This document shows positions 48,991 through 60,290 of a stretch of 64,000 nt of DNA, one piece after another. The notes under the pieces were generated by a model. It saw only the letters and a program-made list of their open reading frames with translations, was not told the DNA's origin and searched no databases. The DNA is from Lama guanicoe. Lineage: Eukaryota. The position numbers and the translations under genes were made by a program. Positions within the stretch are counted from its first letter, which is position 1. The number at the start of each line of letters is the position of its first letter. Where the stretch lies: contig MU053561.1 of assembly GCA_013239625.1 (NCBI GenBank), forward strand, positions 2,930,283 through 2,994,282. The letters run 5' to 3'.

Positions 48991-50029
48991 ATATCACCTC
49001 CCAGCTCCAGAACTTTCAGGGACTCCCCAGGGCCTAAAGGTCTGACTCCATCCTATTTTTCCAAGTTGGCCGGAGTTCCTCCCAGCCCAAGGCGGAGGAG
49101 AAACTTGATCTTCTCACATTTTGTGCTACACGCTCTACCTGCCTTATTATGTTCCAACATCTACAGATGACAGGGAATGTCTAAGGTAGTAAGCTTAGTG
49201 GGCCAGGACATTGGTACCAGAAATTTCACCTGTTACAGGTACCGTTTACAATTTCATGGCTAATTTAAGAATTCATGAATTCTTACAGTGTAGTTCAAGC
49301 GCCTTGAGTGGTTTTGGGGTCTCTACCTGAGGATGATGGCAGTGACAGCAACAATAAAGCACATTTCCACTGTCTGACAACTGGCAAACATGTTCGTGTT
49401 TATTTGGACTGCAGGGACTCCAGTTCATGGGAGGAGTTTCCTACTCACATGGTAACAGAGTTCCCCGAATTCCAGCGGCTAGGCAGCGGTCATTCTGGTG
49501 CTGCTCTCTGGAACAAAAGGGCCGACAGGGAGGCCGATGCCAGGAGCAGGTCCTAGGAGTATAGGAATTGGGTCTGGAATCAGATGGATTTTAGGGGAGA
49601 AGACTAGCCAATAAGATGGGAAGTTCCAAGCGTCTGTTGCAGCTTGAAGGAGAGAGATTTTGGGAGGCCAAACAGGGAGGGAGTGTACAGCCTCGACTCC
49701 CCCGCCTAAGGGCAAGTCCATAGCTGAGATAGAGGAAGAGTGAAACAAGAGGAAACTGGGAAGGGAGAAACCCGAGGCTGGGAATCCCAGCTCTGGATAA
49801 GGGAGGGTTGGGGCGGGGGCCAGTGTTAAGGAAAAGGTGGCAGCCCTTGAATGAGGAGAGACAGGCGCTTTAGTGGCGGGGGGGGGGGGGGGACCGCTCT
49901 AGGTAACCCCAGAATTCCTAGCGGTGTCTAACATGCCCCGTCTCCTTTCGTTTTCACATTTGAAGAAAGGGGTTCACCCTGGCCCAGAGTGGCAATAGCG
50001 GATTAACTGGCAGGAAAAGCTGACTCCAT

Positions 50030-51180
50030 GCTGCTGCAGCTGCTGGAAAGCCATGAACGCACAGGGCGCTTCGGAGCCTCCTTGTCCCAGCACAGAGTTC
50101 CGCTGTCACCGCAGGGGCCAGCCGAGCGGGGCGCAGCTTTCAGGGAGCGACAGTCTGACACCCCCGGCTCCGGGGGCGCCTCCACTATGTTCCGAATGCC
50201 AAGGAAAAGTGCGGGAGGTGTGGGGGGACCGAGGATAAACTTGGTTGTAAAAACGCAAGCCATTTTTAAGGGAGAGCCCCAGAGAGCGGAACGGGCGGCG
50301 GGGCTCTTCGGGAGGCACTGGGCGGGGCCGCGTTCGCGGGAAGGAGGAAGGACGCGGGCGGAGACGTCGTCGGTGGGCGGGGCGCGCGGCGGGCGGGCCC
50401 TCTCCCGTGGGCAGACGCGACTCTGGGCCGTGCCCGCATCTCTGAGGCTGGCCGGACCGCCATGGCCGCAGGAAGCGCCCCGGGGTGGGCCGCGAGGGCC
50501 CTTGGCGCGATCTGCCTGTTGCTCAATCTGGGTGAGTGGAGGCCTCCCCCGGGAGCCCGCGGGGACCGGGCAGAGCGGGGTGTCAGTGGCCCCGGGGCTC
50601 CGGGGCTCCGGGGCCCGGTGGACGGGCGGGGCCCGAGGCGGCTGCAAGTTGGGGTGGCGGGGCTGGCGTGGGGCACGCGGCCGCGCGCGGGACCTAGTCG
50701 TGTCCCCCACACGTCTCCTTAGAGTGGTCAGTAAGAACGCGGACCGTGGGCTCTGAAGCCTGTTTGGGGAAAACGAGAGACGGGACTCTGCCTCGTTCCC
50801 TGTCCCTGCGCTCTCTCCTCCCTCGGGGGATCCTTCTTAACCCCCACGACCCCCGCCCATCTCTCGCCCCGTGTTCCTCCGGAACGGGTGCCTTTTCTGT
50901 GCGACTAAGTGACCAAGTTACTTCCCGCCGAGGGACTGTCGCCCAGAACTTGAGCGGACCTCCTCACGCTTCCGCAGCCCGTGGGCGCGCCCGGGGCGGG
51001 CCTCTCAGGACGCGGAACGCGCAGTCCGCCGGCCCCGCCGCCTCCGGGAGCGCGTAGCGGCCAAAGCCAAGTCCACCCGCGCCCGCGCCCGCGCCCGCGC
51101 GGAGGGCGGCGCTACAGAATTGCCCCACAGCTGGAGCAGGGTCCTCAATTCGGGATTCCTAATTAGTGCGGTTAGTGCCC
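50030..51180. promoter_or_regulatory. CpG island / promoter of CD58
   Basis: Abrupt rise in GC and CpG density relative to the flanks, several GGGCGG GC boxes (about 50290-50400), spanning exon 1 and the start of intron 1. Confidence 0.9.
50462..50531 (+). CDS. CD58: CD58 (LFA-3) exon 1 coding part: signal peptide, 70 nt, phase-1 donor
   Basis: Strong Kozak accgccATGG. Encodes MAAGSAPGWAARALGAICLLLNL, then G|gtgagt. Resembles artiodactyl/human CD58 leaders (MAAGSAPG.../MVAGSDAG..., recalled), and CD58 is the known same-strand downstream neighbour of IGSF3. No later CD58 exon was found in the window. Confidence 0.88.
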
Positions 51181-51384
51181 CTTTCTTCTCCCTTCTGAAC
51201 TTAAAAGGGCCAAGTTGTGAGTGCCTAGGACTGCGTTCATCCCTTTAACACGTTTTCAGCTAAGTCGTGAAATAGGTATCTTTGTCTCGATTTTTAACCT
51301 TCCCACCTCATCAACCTCTCCTCACACAGGCCCCTAGTTAAGTCATTGCCAAACCCCTGGAGCATAACAACCCCCTGAACAAGT

Positions 51385-51466
51385 ACTTTTTTTTTCTTGA
51401 TTGAAGTATAGTTGACTGACAATGTTGTGTTCGCTTCTGGTGTACAGCGTAGTGATTCAGTCATAC
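51385..51466 (-). mobile_element. Very short LINE-1 3' stub
   Basis: Poly-T then attgaagtatagttgactgacaatgttgtgttcgcttctggtgtacagcgtagtgattcag, the same L1 terminus as at 1966 and 41070. Confidence 0.75.
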
Positions 51467-51561
51467 AACTAGTGCTTCTTTCCTTGGGATTTCTCACTGG
51501 AGGCCCCTTAGCACATTCACCAGATCCACCTCCCTACTCCACTCTGCACTCAGCGTTTATT

Positions 51562-51720
51562 TTTTTGTTCGCTTGTTTGTGTTGTTTTGGATACGGAGTG
51601 GGTTCCGGGCGAGGTAATTAGGTTTATTTAATTCTGATGGAGGTACTGGGGACTGAACCCAGGAAGGACCTCATGCATGCTAGGCATGCACTCTACCACT
51701 GAGCTATATCCACTCCTCCA
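51562..51720 (-). mobile_element. tRNA-derived SINE (Vic-1-like, long-tail form) with 17-bp TSD
   Basis: SINE body 51638-51718. Flanks TGCACTCAGCGTTTATT (51545-51561) and TGCAGTCAGCGTTTATT (51721-51737), one mismatch. Confidence 0.88.
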
Positions 51721-53710
51721 TGCAGTCAGCGTTTATTGAAGGTCTTTGGGGTGCAGGCATCTATGGAGTACAACCTAGGAGGGGGATGGGGGTTGAGATG
51801 ATGCTCAAAAGTACCTACAATGTAAGGCACAGAAGTAAATGTTGTCAGAGAGATAAACATAAAATGCTGTGGGTGTGCAGAGGGAAGAGAGCAACATCTT
51901 TTGTGACATCACATATCTTTGGTGAAGTAAAGATTTCATGGAAGGGAGAGTATTTGAATCTGGCCTCCTAGGATAGGTGGTATGTGGACATGCCATGATG
52001 TGGGGAAAGTTTCCCAGAGAAGGAAACCAGATAAGAAGGACTGGGGAGCAAAGTGCACAGGGTGAACTTGGCAGTAAAGCCATCAAGGTTACTGGAGAGT
52101 TGGTGTGCCCACGAGAGCTTGAGGCCCCATGCAGGAGCCCTGAATGTCCCCTTTGGGAGTGAGGATTCTCTTTTGCAGGCAAAGAAAGACTCTTACTGGG
52201 ACTGACAGAATCAGAGCCATGCACTGAGGAAGAAGAAAGACCTGGCAGAAGTAAAGAGAGAAGGATTGTAGTTGAGCAGAATTGGAGACAGGGAGGCCAG
52301 GGCAGGCACCATCACAGGTCCCAAAGAGATGTGAAGGTTTTATATACTGGTGGCTGAGGGACAGGGAGAGGCATATACAGAGACTGAATGGATGGGGTTG
52401 CCCTCCTCCATGTGCACTGGCCTCTGCCTGGTCCCAGAGTGTACCGGTGCTCTCTCTTCCAGCACAAACCGAGTTTGCCCATCAAGCCTCGCCTCATCCA
52501 GCAAGTTTCTCTAAACAGTACCCCCATGATGGTGTCTCCCACCTAATTCGTGTATTTATTCAGTGGTCACTTTAATTAGCAAACGTGAGCATCGCTTTCT
52601 CTGAATAGGCTAAGGAAAACTCATGTAGCTTGGCGGAAGCTGAACCATCTGAGAACCAAGCCAGCTTCACTAGGGAAGCTGCGTAAGAGTGGTTAACAGT
52701 ACCAGCTCTCCAGTGAGAAGTTCCCTAACTTCTGCGTGCCTCCATATCTTTGCCTTTAAAGAGACAGCACAGCTCACAGCAGAGAAAGGATAATGCTAGT
52801 ATTTGCTTCACAGAATGATTGTGAACACCAGTCATTCCACAAGTAATTATTTACTATCAACTGTGTGTCAGGCACTGTAAAGCTTACAGGAAGAAGAGAA
52901 AAACAGTAAGGCAATAAACAAGTAAATATCTAGATGCTGGGCAATGGTGAACATTTACTAATACAGACATTAGGAGTTGCAGAGGCAGGGGAAATGGAAG
53001 CGGTTAATAGTTCTTTTTAATTTTTTTTTAACTTTGGAATATTTATAATCTTTAGAATAATTGCAAAAATAGTGCAGTGAACACTTGCACACCTTTCTCC
53101 TCAAATCACCAGTTGGTAACATTTGGTTTACTTCTGTTTTACACACACACAATTAACTTTTTTTTTTTTTTTGGTTAATCATTTGAGAATCGCAGCTCTT
53201 GTGACATCTCACCCCTAAATATTTCAACATAGGTCTTCTAAGTGCAGCATATCTTCAGTAAGCCCTAGAACTGTTATCACAGTCAGGAAATATCACTGAT
53301 ACAGTATTGTTCTCAGATAGGGTCCAGAAGCCCATCCTGGATCATATACCAAATTTGGTAGTCATGCCTCTCGACTCTCCTTTAATATAAAAATCTAAAC
53401 TTGCCAACTTTCTTTTTCTTTTTCATTGTTTTTTTCTGGGTTTTTTTTTATTGTTGTTGCTGTTTGTTTTCTTTTGTTTTTTGCTTATGACACTGCCATT
53501 TTTGAGGGATCTGGATGAGTTGTTGTATAAAAATGTCCCTTGGTTTGAGTTACATGCTTAGATTCTGCTGTCAACTTCCCTGGACAGAAATTTCTCACAG
53601 GCGTGCATCTCATCAGGATGCAGATGCAGTCCATTTGTCTCATTATTGGACACATTAATGCCAGTTGTTAAGGTGAAGTCCACCAGATTTCTCCATTAGA
53701 GGAAAAAATA

Positions 53711-54030
53711 CAGGCATGTATACAGGAGATTTTGCGGGCTCAGTTCCAAACCACTGCAATAAAATGAGTATCGCAATGATGCAAGTCACACAATTTTTTT
53801 GATTTCCTACTGTCTATAAAATTTATGTTTATACAATACTGTAGTCTTTTAAGTGTGCCATAGCACTATCTAAAAAAAAATGTACTTACCTTAATTAAAA
53901 AATACTTTATTGCTAAAAAATGCTAACCATCATCTGACAATGCAGGGTTGTCAGAAACCTTCAATTTGTAAAAAAACGCAACATCTGCGAAGCGCAATAA
54001 AACAAAGCACAATAAAATGAAGTGTGTCTG
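53711..54030 (-). mobile_element. Internally deleted Tigger1-derived element
   Basis: TA-CAGGCAT...gattttgcgggctcagttccaaaccactgcaataaa at one end and aaaccttcaatttgtaaaaaaacgcaacatctgcgaagcgcaataaa...tgtctg-TA at the other: both Tigger1 termini with TA target duplication. Confidence 0.8.
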
Positions 54031-55122
54031 TAGTATGTGATTAAGTGGCACTTTGAGATTGTGTGAATATCCTCTTTTTCAACAATCTTTCACCCAATGT
54101 TTTAGCACCCAGTGGTGATTCTTCCCCAGGTCCATTATCACTAAAATGTTTGTAGATGGCAGTTTTCTATTTTTCTTCATACTTTATTGACATTCTGCAG
54201 TAATGAAGAGCCTTTGCACTTTTGCACCTTTTTAAATTTAATTTTTTTTTTTTAGTATTAGTATGGACTTGTGGGTATATTTTTAAGATGGCATTCCTGC
54301 CATTATCCGTTGTGATGCTCAGTGATTCCTAACTTGGCAAGTGGGAACCCCTCCAAGCTTCAGTGTACAGTTGCCATAGTTTCCGTCAGTATTTTGAGCA
54401 CTTCCTTACTTTCTGACATAGAAGGATGTTCTGGACTAATTTTGTACCTTTCCTGCCTCAGCCTTGAAATCATTAGATTTCCTTTTCCTTGTAGTGGAGG
54501 ATGGTATTTAGAAATTAAGATCAGGGTGCTAGGTGTGCTTCAGTAGCCTTCTACTGAAGGCTGTTCTAGGCCCTGTCAGTTTTCAGAGTTAGGAAATAAT
54601 TTTCACAAAGTCATGAGTTTATCCTGTTACCAAAGGCTAATCCACCAGTTCAGTTCTTTTCCTCCATTCCATATTAGTATCTTCCTTCCCTACAGGGAGA
54701 ATTCTATTCTTAGCATCAGTTCCAAAAATAAATAAAGAAGGAAAGAGAATGAGAAACGAGAAAGAAAAGAAAACAGGTGAAGGTAAAAAGAAAAAATGTA
54801 AAAAGATTTAAAAAAAGAAAAAACCCCACACAAACACAGTTCCATAATTGCTACGCCAATACTACTACCAAGCACAAACTTTACTAAATACTGTTTAAGA
54901 TTTCTTAGCAGTTCTTTTTATTCTTCCATCTATCCTGCTAAATATATACAGAACACTGTATTTTAAAGTTACTTGGATAATTTTTTTCTTCTGTGTGATT
55001 ATGGTACCAAATTGATACATAGTTTCATTAATTTGTCTCTTTCTATTCAATTTTAGAGTCTCCCCCTCTTGATTTAATGTTTAAATATGTAAAAGATTAA
55101 TGTGGTTCAAATCAAAATCATA

Positions 55123-55480
55123 TACAAGCTGGCCATCCATATTTACAGGTTCTGCATCTGCGGATTCAACCAACCCTGGATTGAAAATATTCAGGAAAAA
55201 AATTCCAGAAACTCAAAAACTCCCCAAAAGCAAAACTTGAATTTGTCACATGCTGACAACTATTTATAAAACATTTACATTGTATTTACAACTATTTAAA
55301 TAGTATTTACATTGTATTAGGTATTTTAAGTAATCTAGAGATGACTTAAAGTATATGGCAGGATGTGAATAGCTTATGTGCAAATACTATGCCATTTAAT
55401 ATAAGGAACTTGAGCATCCTTGGATTTTGGTATCCACTGTGGTCCTGAAACTAATTCCCTGCAGATACTGAGGGAAGATA
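55123..55480. mobile_element. MER2-like TcMar-Tigger remnant
   Basis: ggttctgcatctgcggattcaaccaacc...gcaaaacttgaatttg...aaggaacttgagcatccttggattttggtatcc; reverse-complement relative of 16718-17008. Confidence 0.75.
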
Positions 55481-55789
55481 GGCTCAGAAATTCCATTCCC
55501 TCCCTTTCTTTCCTCCCATAACATATTGTTTGTTACTGTTTTATCTTTCTTGTTTCTTTTTGCAAATATAAACAGATACATATGTTTATTTCTAACTCCC
55601 TTTCTTAAACAATAGGTAACATACTCTTTTTTTGTACCTTGTTTTTGTCAATTACCATATGGCTGTAAAATAATTTCATATCAGTTTATAGAGATCATCC
55701 CATTCTTTTTTTTTTTTTTATGGCTACATAGTTCTCTGTGGGGGTGGAGGTGAGATATTTCATTCAGCCACTCTCTGGTAGTTAGTATT

Positions 55790-56360
55790 TTATAAAGTGT
55801 GGTCAGGGGAGGTTCTTTTTAAAACGGTAGCTGCTGAGTGGAGACTTAAAAGGAAGTGATGGAACAGGCCAGGTGACTGTGTCGGGGAGCAGCATTCCAC
55901 GTAGAGAGGACGAACAGCAGCAAAAACCCTGAGGTAGGCTTCAAGCACTTGAGGAACTTCAGGGGGACCCCTGTGCAGGAGGGTAACAGGAAATGAAGTT
56001 GTAAAAGCAGCCAGGGCCAGAGCCTAGCGATAAACTTCTGTGCGCCCTTTCAAAGACTGTGACTTTTTTATTCGCAGTGGAAGAGGAAGTCGTAGAAAGT
56101 TTTGAACAGGAGTGAAAAGATGACTGGAGTGTTGAAATGAATTATTCTGGCTGCTGGGTGGAGAAGTCTTTGCTGATGAAGAGGAAGCAGGGAGACCAGT
56201 TAGGAGGCTGCGGTGCAGGCACAGTGACTTGGTGGGGGTGGGTAAGAAGAGACGGGGCGGGGGCAGATGAGAAAGGGGAGGTATCAGGGAGTGTTCTGAA
56301 GGCAGAGCTGGCAGCATTTGGCACTGGACTGCATAAGTGGGATGACAGGTGCACAGGACT
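55790..56360. mobile_element. L2 fragment
   Basis: gtggtcagggga...gctgagtggagacttaaaaggaag...gcattccacgtagagagg...agggagaccagttaggaggctg is typical degraded L2; boundaries approximate. Confidence 0.65.
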
Positions 56361-57629
56361 AGGCAGTGCTGGGCACGCAGTGGGCTCAAGCCTAGGGCCT
56401 AGTGTATTAGTCAGCTTCTACCAGTGAAGCCTGCCTTACTCTGCTGCTGCTGACCTTCCATGGCCCCTGTATCTTGCCACCTGCCTCTGCAACTGGATTT
56501 TAGTTCCTTGTACGCAGGAACCAAGTCATATACTACTTCATAAAAAGTTTCTTTCATTGATTTAATATTTTTAACAGATGGTTACATCTGGATGTTAGCT
56601 GGTACATTTTTTGTCAAGCATGTCTCCGTTTTAAGTGATTACGTTACCTCATGTGATTATGTGAGACTTGCTCATACGCTTTGCTTGAGTCAAGATTCCA
56701 GAGTCTCTGTGTTTTCCTTCGGGAAAGATAATCCAAGTCAGAATAGTGCTGTGTATTCCTACCAAAAAACTAGATCCAGCTTGATAATGGGGTGTCAATA
56801 ATAGTTCCTCTAAATTAAGCACATGCTCTGTGCCAAGCACTGTGCTTAGAGTCTTAGGTTTTTGTTTTCCTTTAATTGTCATACTAGTTTTATTCGGTAG
56901 GGACTATTAAAGAGGAGAACAAATCATAGGTCAGTTAAGTGCCTTGTCCAAGGTGACACAGCAGGTAAGTGGCAGAGCACACTAGCAGCCAGGTCCGTCC
57001 GACTCAAAGTCCATACATTCCCAACCCGAGACTAGGCAAGCAACTTTTTGAAGAGCTCTTACATATGAGACAGTTGATCTCTTATATGTAATGTGTGTAT
57101 CGTCCCATGTAATTTTGCTAAAACATCTTATGAATTATATAAGATAGCACAATTACCAATTACGTAAGATTGCATTCAATATCATAATACACAATTGAGG
57201 GGTGTGGGGACCTTTGGGCCATAGAATTCAGAATGAGGGTTTATTTATATATCCGTTTATTAACATTTTGCTGTAATTATCATCTCTTTATACACCCACA
57301 CCTCACTCCTAAATACTTTGGCATAATCCCAATAGCATCATATTTGCAAAAGACAACACTAATCTCATAAATATCTCCTAACTTCTACCCTTATTCAGAT
57401 CCTCCCAATTGTCACAAGAATGTCTTTTTTAAAATACCAGGATCTAATCAAGTTTCACATTTTTGTATTTGTTGCCATTTTTTGGTTAATTTTGACAGAT
57501 ATCTTTTAGGAATTTTGGAAAAGACAATTACTTTTAAAAAACGAGGTCTAAGAATTTGTTTTATTGCCCTCTTTATCATGCTAATATTTTTAACTGAATT
57601 GTATACTTTATTATTATTATCTGGTTTTT

Positions 57630-58732
57630 CCCTTTTTAATTGACTTACAATATTATATTAGTTTCAGATGTACAACATAGTAGTTCAGTATTTTTATACA
57701 TTATAAAATGGTCACAGTATGTCTAGTTATCACCTGTCACTGTGGAAAGTTATTACAATATTATTGACTATATTCTTATGCTGCATGTTACATCTCCGTG
57801 ACTTATTTATTTTATAACTCAAAGTTTGTACCTCTTAATCCCCCTCACCTATTTCACTCACACCCGCTACCCACCTTCCCTCTGGCAACAACCAGGTTAT
57901 TCGCCATCTATGAGTATTTCTGTTTTGCTGTGTTTGTTTATTTGTTTTATTTTTTTAGATTTTTTATTTGTTGTTTTATTTGTTATTTTATCTAAAAAAT
58001 CTTTTTTTTAGATTTCTTATTTTTTAGAAATTTTAGGTTCCACATATAAGTGAAATTATATAGTATTTGTCTTTCTCTGTCTCACTAATTTCATCTGCAT
58101 ACCTCTAAATCTATTCATGTTATCATAAAAAGCAATGTTTCGTTTTTTATGGCTGAGTAATATTCCATTGTATGTAAATACCACATCTTCTTTATTCATC
58201 CATCTAACGAAGGACACATAGATTGCTTCCATCTCTTGGCTATTGTAAATGATGCTGTAATGAATATTGGTATGCATATATTTTTTCCAGTGTGTTTTTG
58301 TTTTCTTCAAGTTAATACCCAGAAGTGAAATTGATAGACTATGACAAGTTCTATTAGTTTTTTGAGGAGTTTCCATACTGTTTTCCATAGTGGCTGCACC
58401 AATTTACAATCTCACCCACAGTGCAGGAGGGTTCCCTTTCCCTCACATCCTTGCCAACACTTATTATTTGTTGTCTTTTTGATGATAGTCATTCTGACCA
58501 GTGTGAGGTGGTTTCTCATTGTGGTTTTGATTTGCATTTTCCTGATGATTAGTGATGCTGAGCATCTTTTCATGTGTCTGTTGGCCATCTGTCATCTGTA
58601 TGACTTCTTTGAAAAAATGTCTATTCAGGTCGCCTGCCTGTTTTCTAACCAGGTTGTTTGTTTGTTTGTTTAGCTATTGAGTTGTATGAGTTCTTTGTTT
58701 ATTTTGGATATTAACTTCTTATCGGATATATC
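57630..58732 (-). mobile_element. LINE-1 3' fragment (end of ORF2 plus 3' UTR)
   Basis: ttccatactgttttccatagtggctgcaccaatttacaatctcacccacagtgcaggagggttccc...gtgaggtggtttctcattgtggttttgatttgcatt; homologous to 31698-32658. Confidence 0.9.
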
Positions 58733-58969
58733 TCAACTATGAACTGAATAACTAGAAAAGAATAGGGATTATAAAAAAAATTTAGTGAAATGATCAATAG
58801 CCAACTGAAATACCTTTAATCAGACTTTGGAGAGTAGTTTAAAAAAGACTCACAGTCTTAAATAGCTCTAGAAAGAACCTTGTTCCCCAAGGCATGCTGT
58901 TGTAGGTCTCAGATATATCCTAAGATGAGAACAGTCAAAGGCAAATGTGGGTGTCTTGAAAGAAAAGGC

Positions 58970-59240
58970 TAGAATATGCTGTTAAATAGAAATCTGATAT
59001 GAAACCCCAGGTGAAATTAATTTGAACTATATATTTTATGTAACCTTATATACCTATGATATTTTCATTTCAACGTGTAGTTGATATAAAAAATATTAGT
59101 TAAAGATCTTACATTTTCTTTTTCATACTTTAAAGTCTGGTGTGTATCGTATACTCACAATACAACTCAATTTGGACTAACCACATTGCGTGTGCTCACA
59201 AGCCACGTGTGGCTAGTGGCTACTGAATTGGACTGCACAG
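58970..59240. mobile_element. MER33/MER3-like hAT-Charlie remnant
   Basis: ctcaatttggactaaccacatt...gtgctcacaagccacgtgtggctagtggctactgaattggac. Confidence 0.7.
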
Positions 59241-59789
59241 GTTGAGGGGGAACATCTCAGGAAAGAAGGAGTGCAAGGATAAGGAATAAAAAGGATAGTA
59301 TTTCAGCATGACAGGAGACAGGAAAGCTCAAAGGAAGCTGATTTAAAGAACTAACATCTTAATCCTGGGTGAGCTCATCCAGGAGACGAGGACTAGCTTG
59401 ACAATGGAGAGTATATGTGGGGCCGGTTCTGGGGAGTTTCTGGGACTGGGGGACCAGGGGATGTATGGTCTGTTGGGAGTCAGGTGGCTGCAGTTTCAGT
59501 CTGAAATAGATGGAGACAGGGAAGCAGTGGTGGTGTAGCTGAGACCAGTAGATTTCTGCTTTTATCAGTCCCGGAAACAGAAATCACTGACTTGGACTGG
59601 ATAAGGGTGGAATCGGCGAGTAAAGACTAAGGCGTGTCACGCTGTAGCTAACAGTGCAGGCCCTGTGAGCTGGCCACCTGGCTCTGCATGTCAGCTCTGC
59701 CCTGGACAGCTGAGTGGCCACGGTCAGCTTCTGAACCTCTGAGGCCCAGTCTCCTCAGCTGTAACCTCATAGTTCTCACTCTTTGGAAC

Positions 59790-60125
59790 ACTCTTCCCAC
59801 GTGCTCAAGCTCTCTGCCTCACTTTTTCTGGGCCCTGCTCACATGCCAACTGTGACCACCTCCCATCTGACAGCAACTTCCCTCCTCAGTATTACTCATC
59901 CTCCCCCATACTCAGCTTCACTTTTCACAATAGCACTCAACACCACCTAACATAAAAGATGCTTACTTTTCTATTTCATGTGTTCCTCCCCTGGCCCCCA
60001 TAACATAAACTCCAAGAGGGCAGGATTTTGTCTGATTTGCTTAGTGCTGTACCCTAACTGCTTAGTATAGTGCCTGGGACATAGGAGGGACTCAATAAAT
60101 ATTCTGTGTGTGAATAAATGAATAA
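59790..60125. mobile_element. L2 3' end
   Basis: aaactccaagagggcaggattttgtctg...agtgcctgggacataggagggactcaataaatatt...tgaataaatgaat. Confidence 0.75.
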
Positions 60126-60167
60126 TAAGACGCACCTCACAGAGCTGAGTTGAGAATTAAGTGAGCC

Positions 60168-60290
60168 TACCCATCCATCTTTCTGTCTGCCCATCCATCC
60201 GTCTGTCCATCCATCCATCCATCCATCCATCCATATATCCATCTTATCTGTCTATCTATCTATCTGTCCATCAAGCCATCCATCCATCTC
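60168..60290. repeat. Compound (CCAT)n/(CTAT)n tetranucleotide microsatellite
   Basis: ccatccatccatcc... and ctatctatctatc... read directly. Confidence 0.9.

Noticed and set aside
50003..50756. Long ORFs over the CpG island (242 aa +, 235 aa -, 148 aa -)
   Set aside because: Low-complexity Arg/Gly/Pro/Ala translations expected from stop-poor GC-rich DNA; no recognisable domain.
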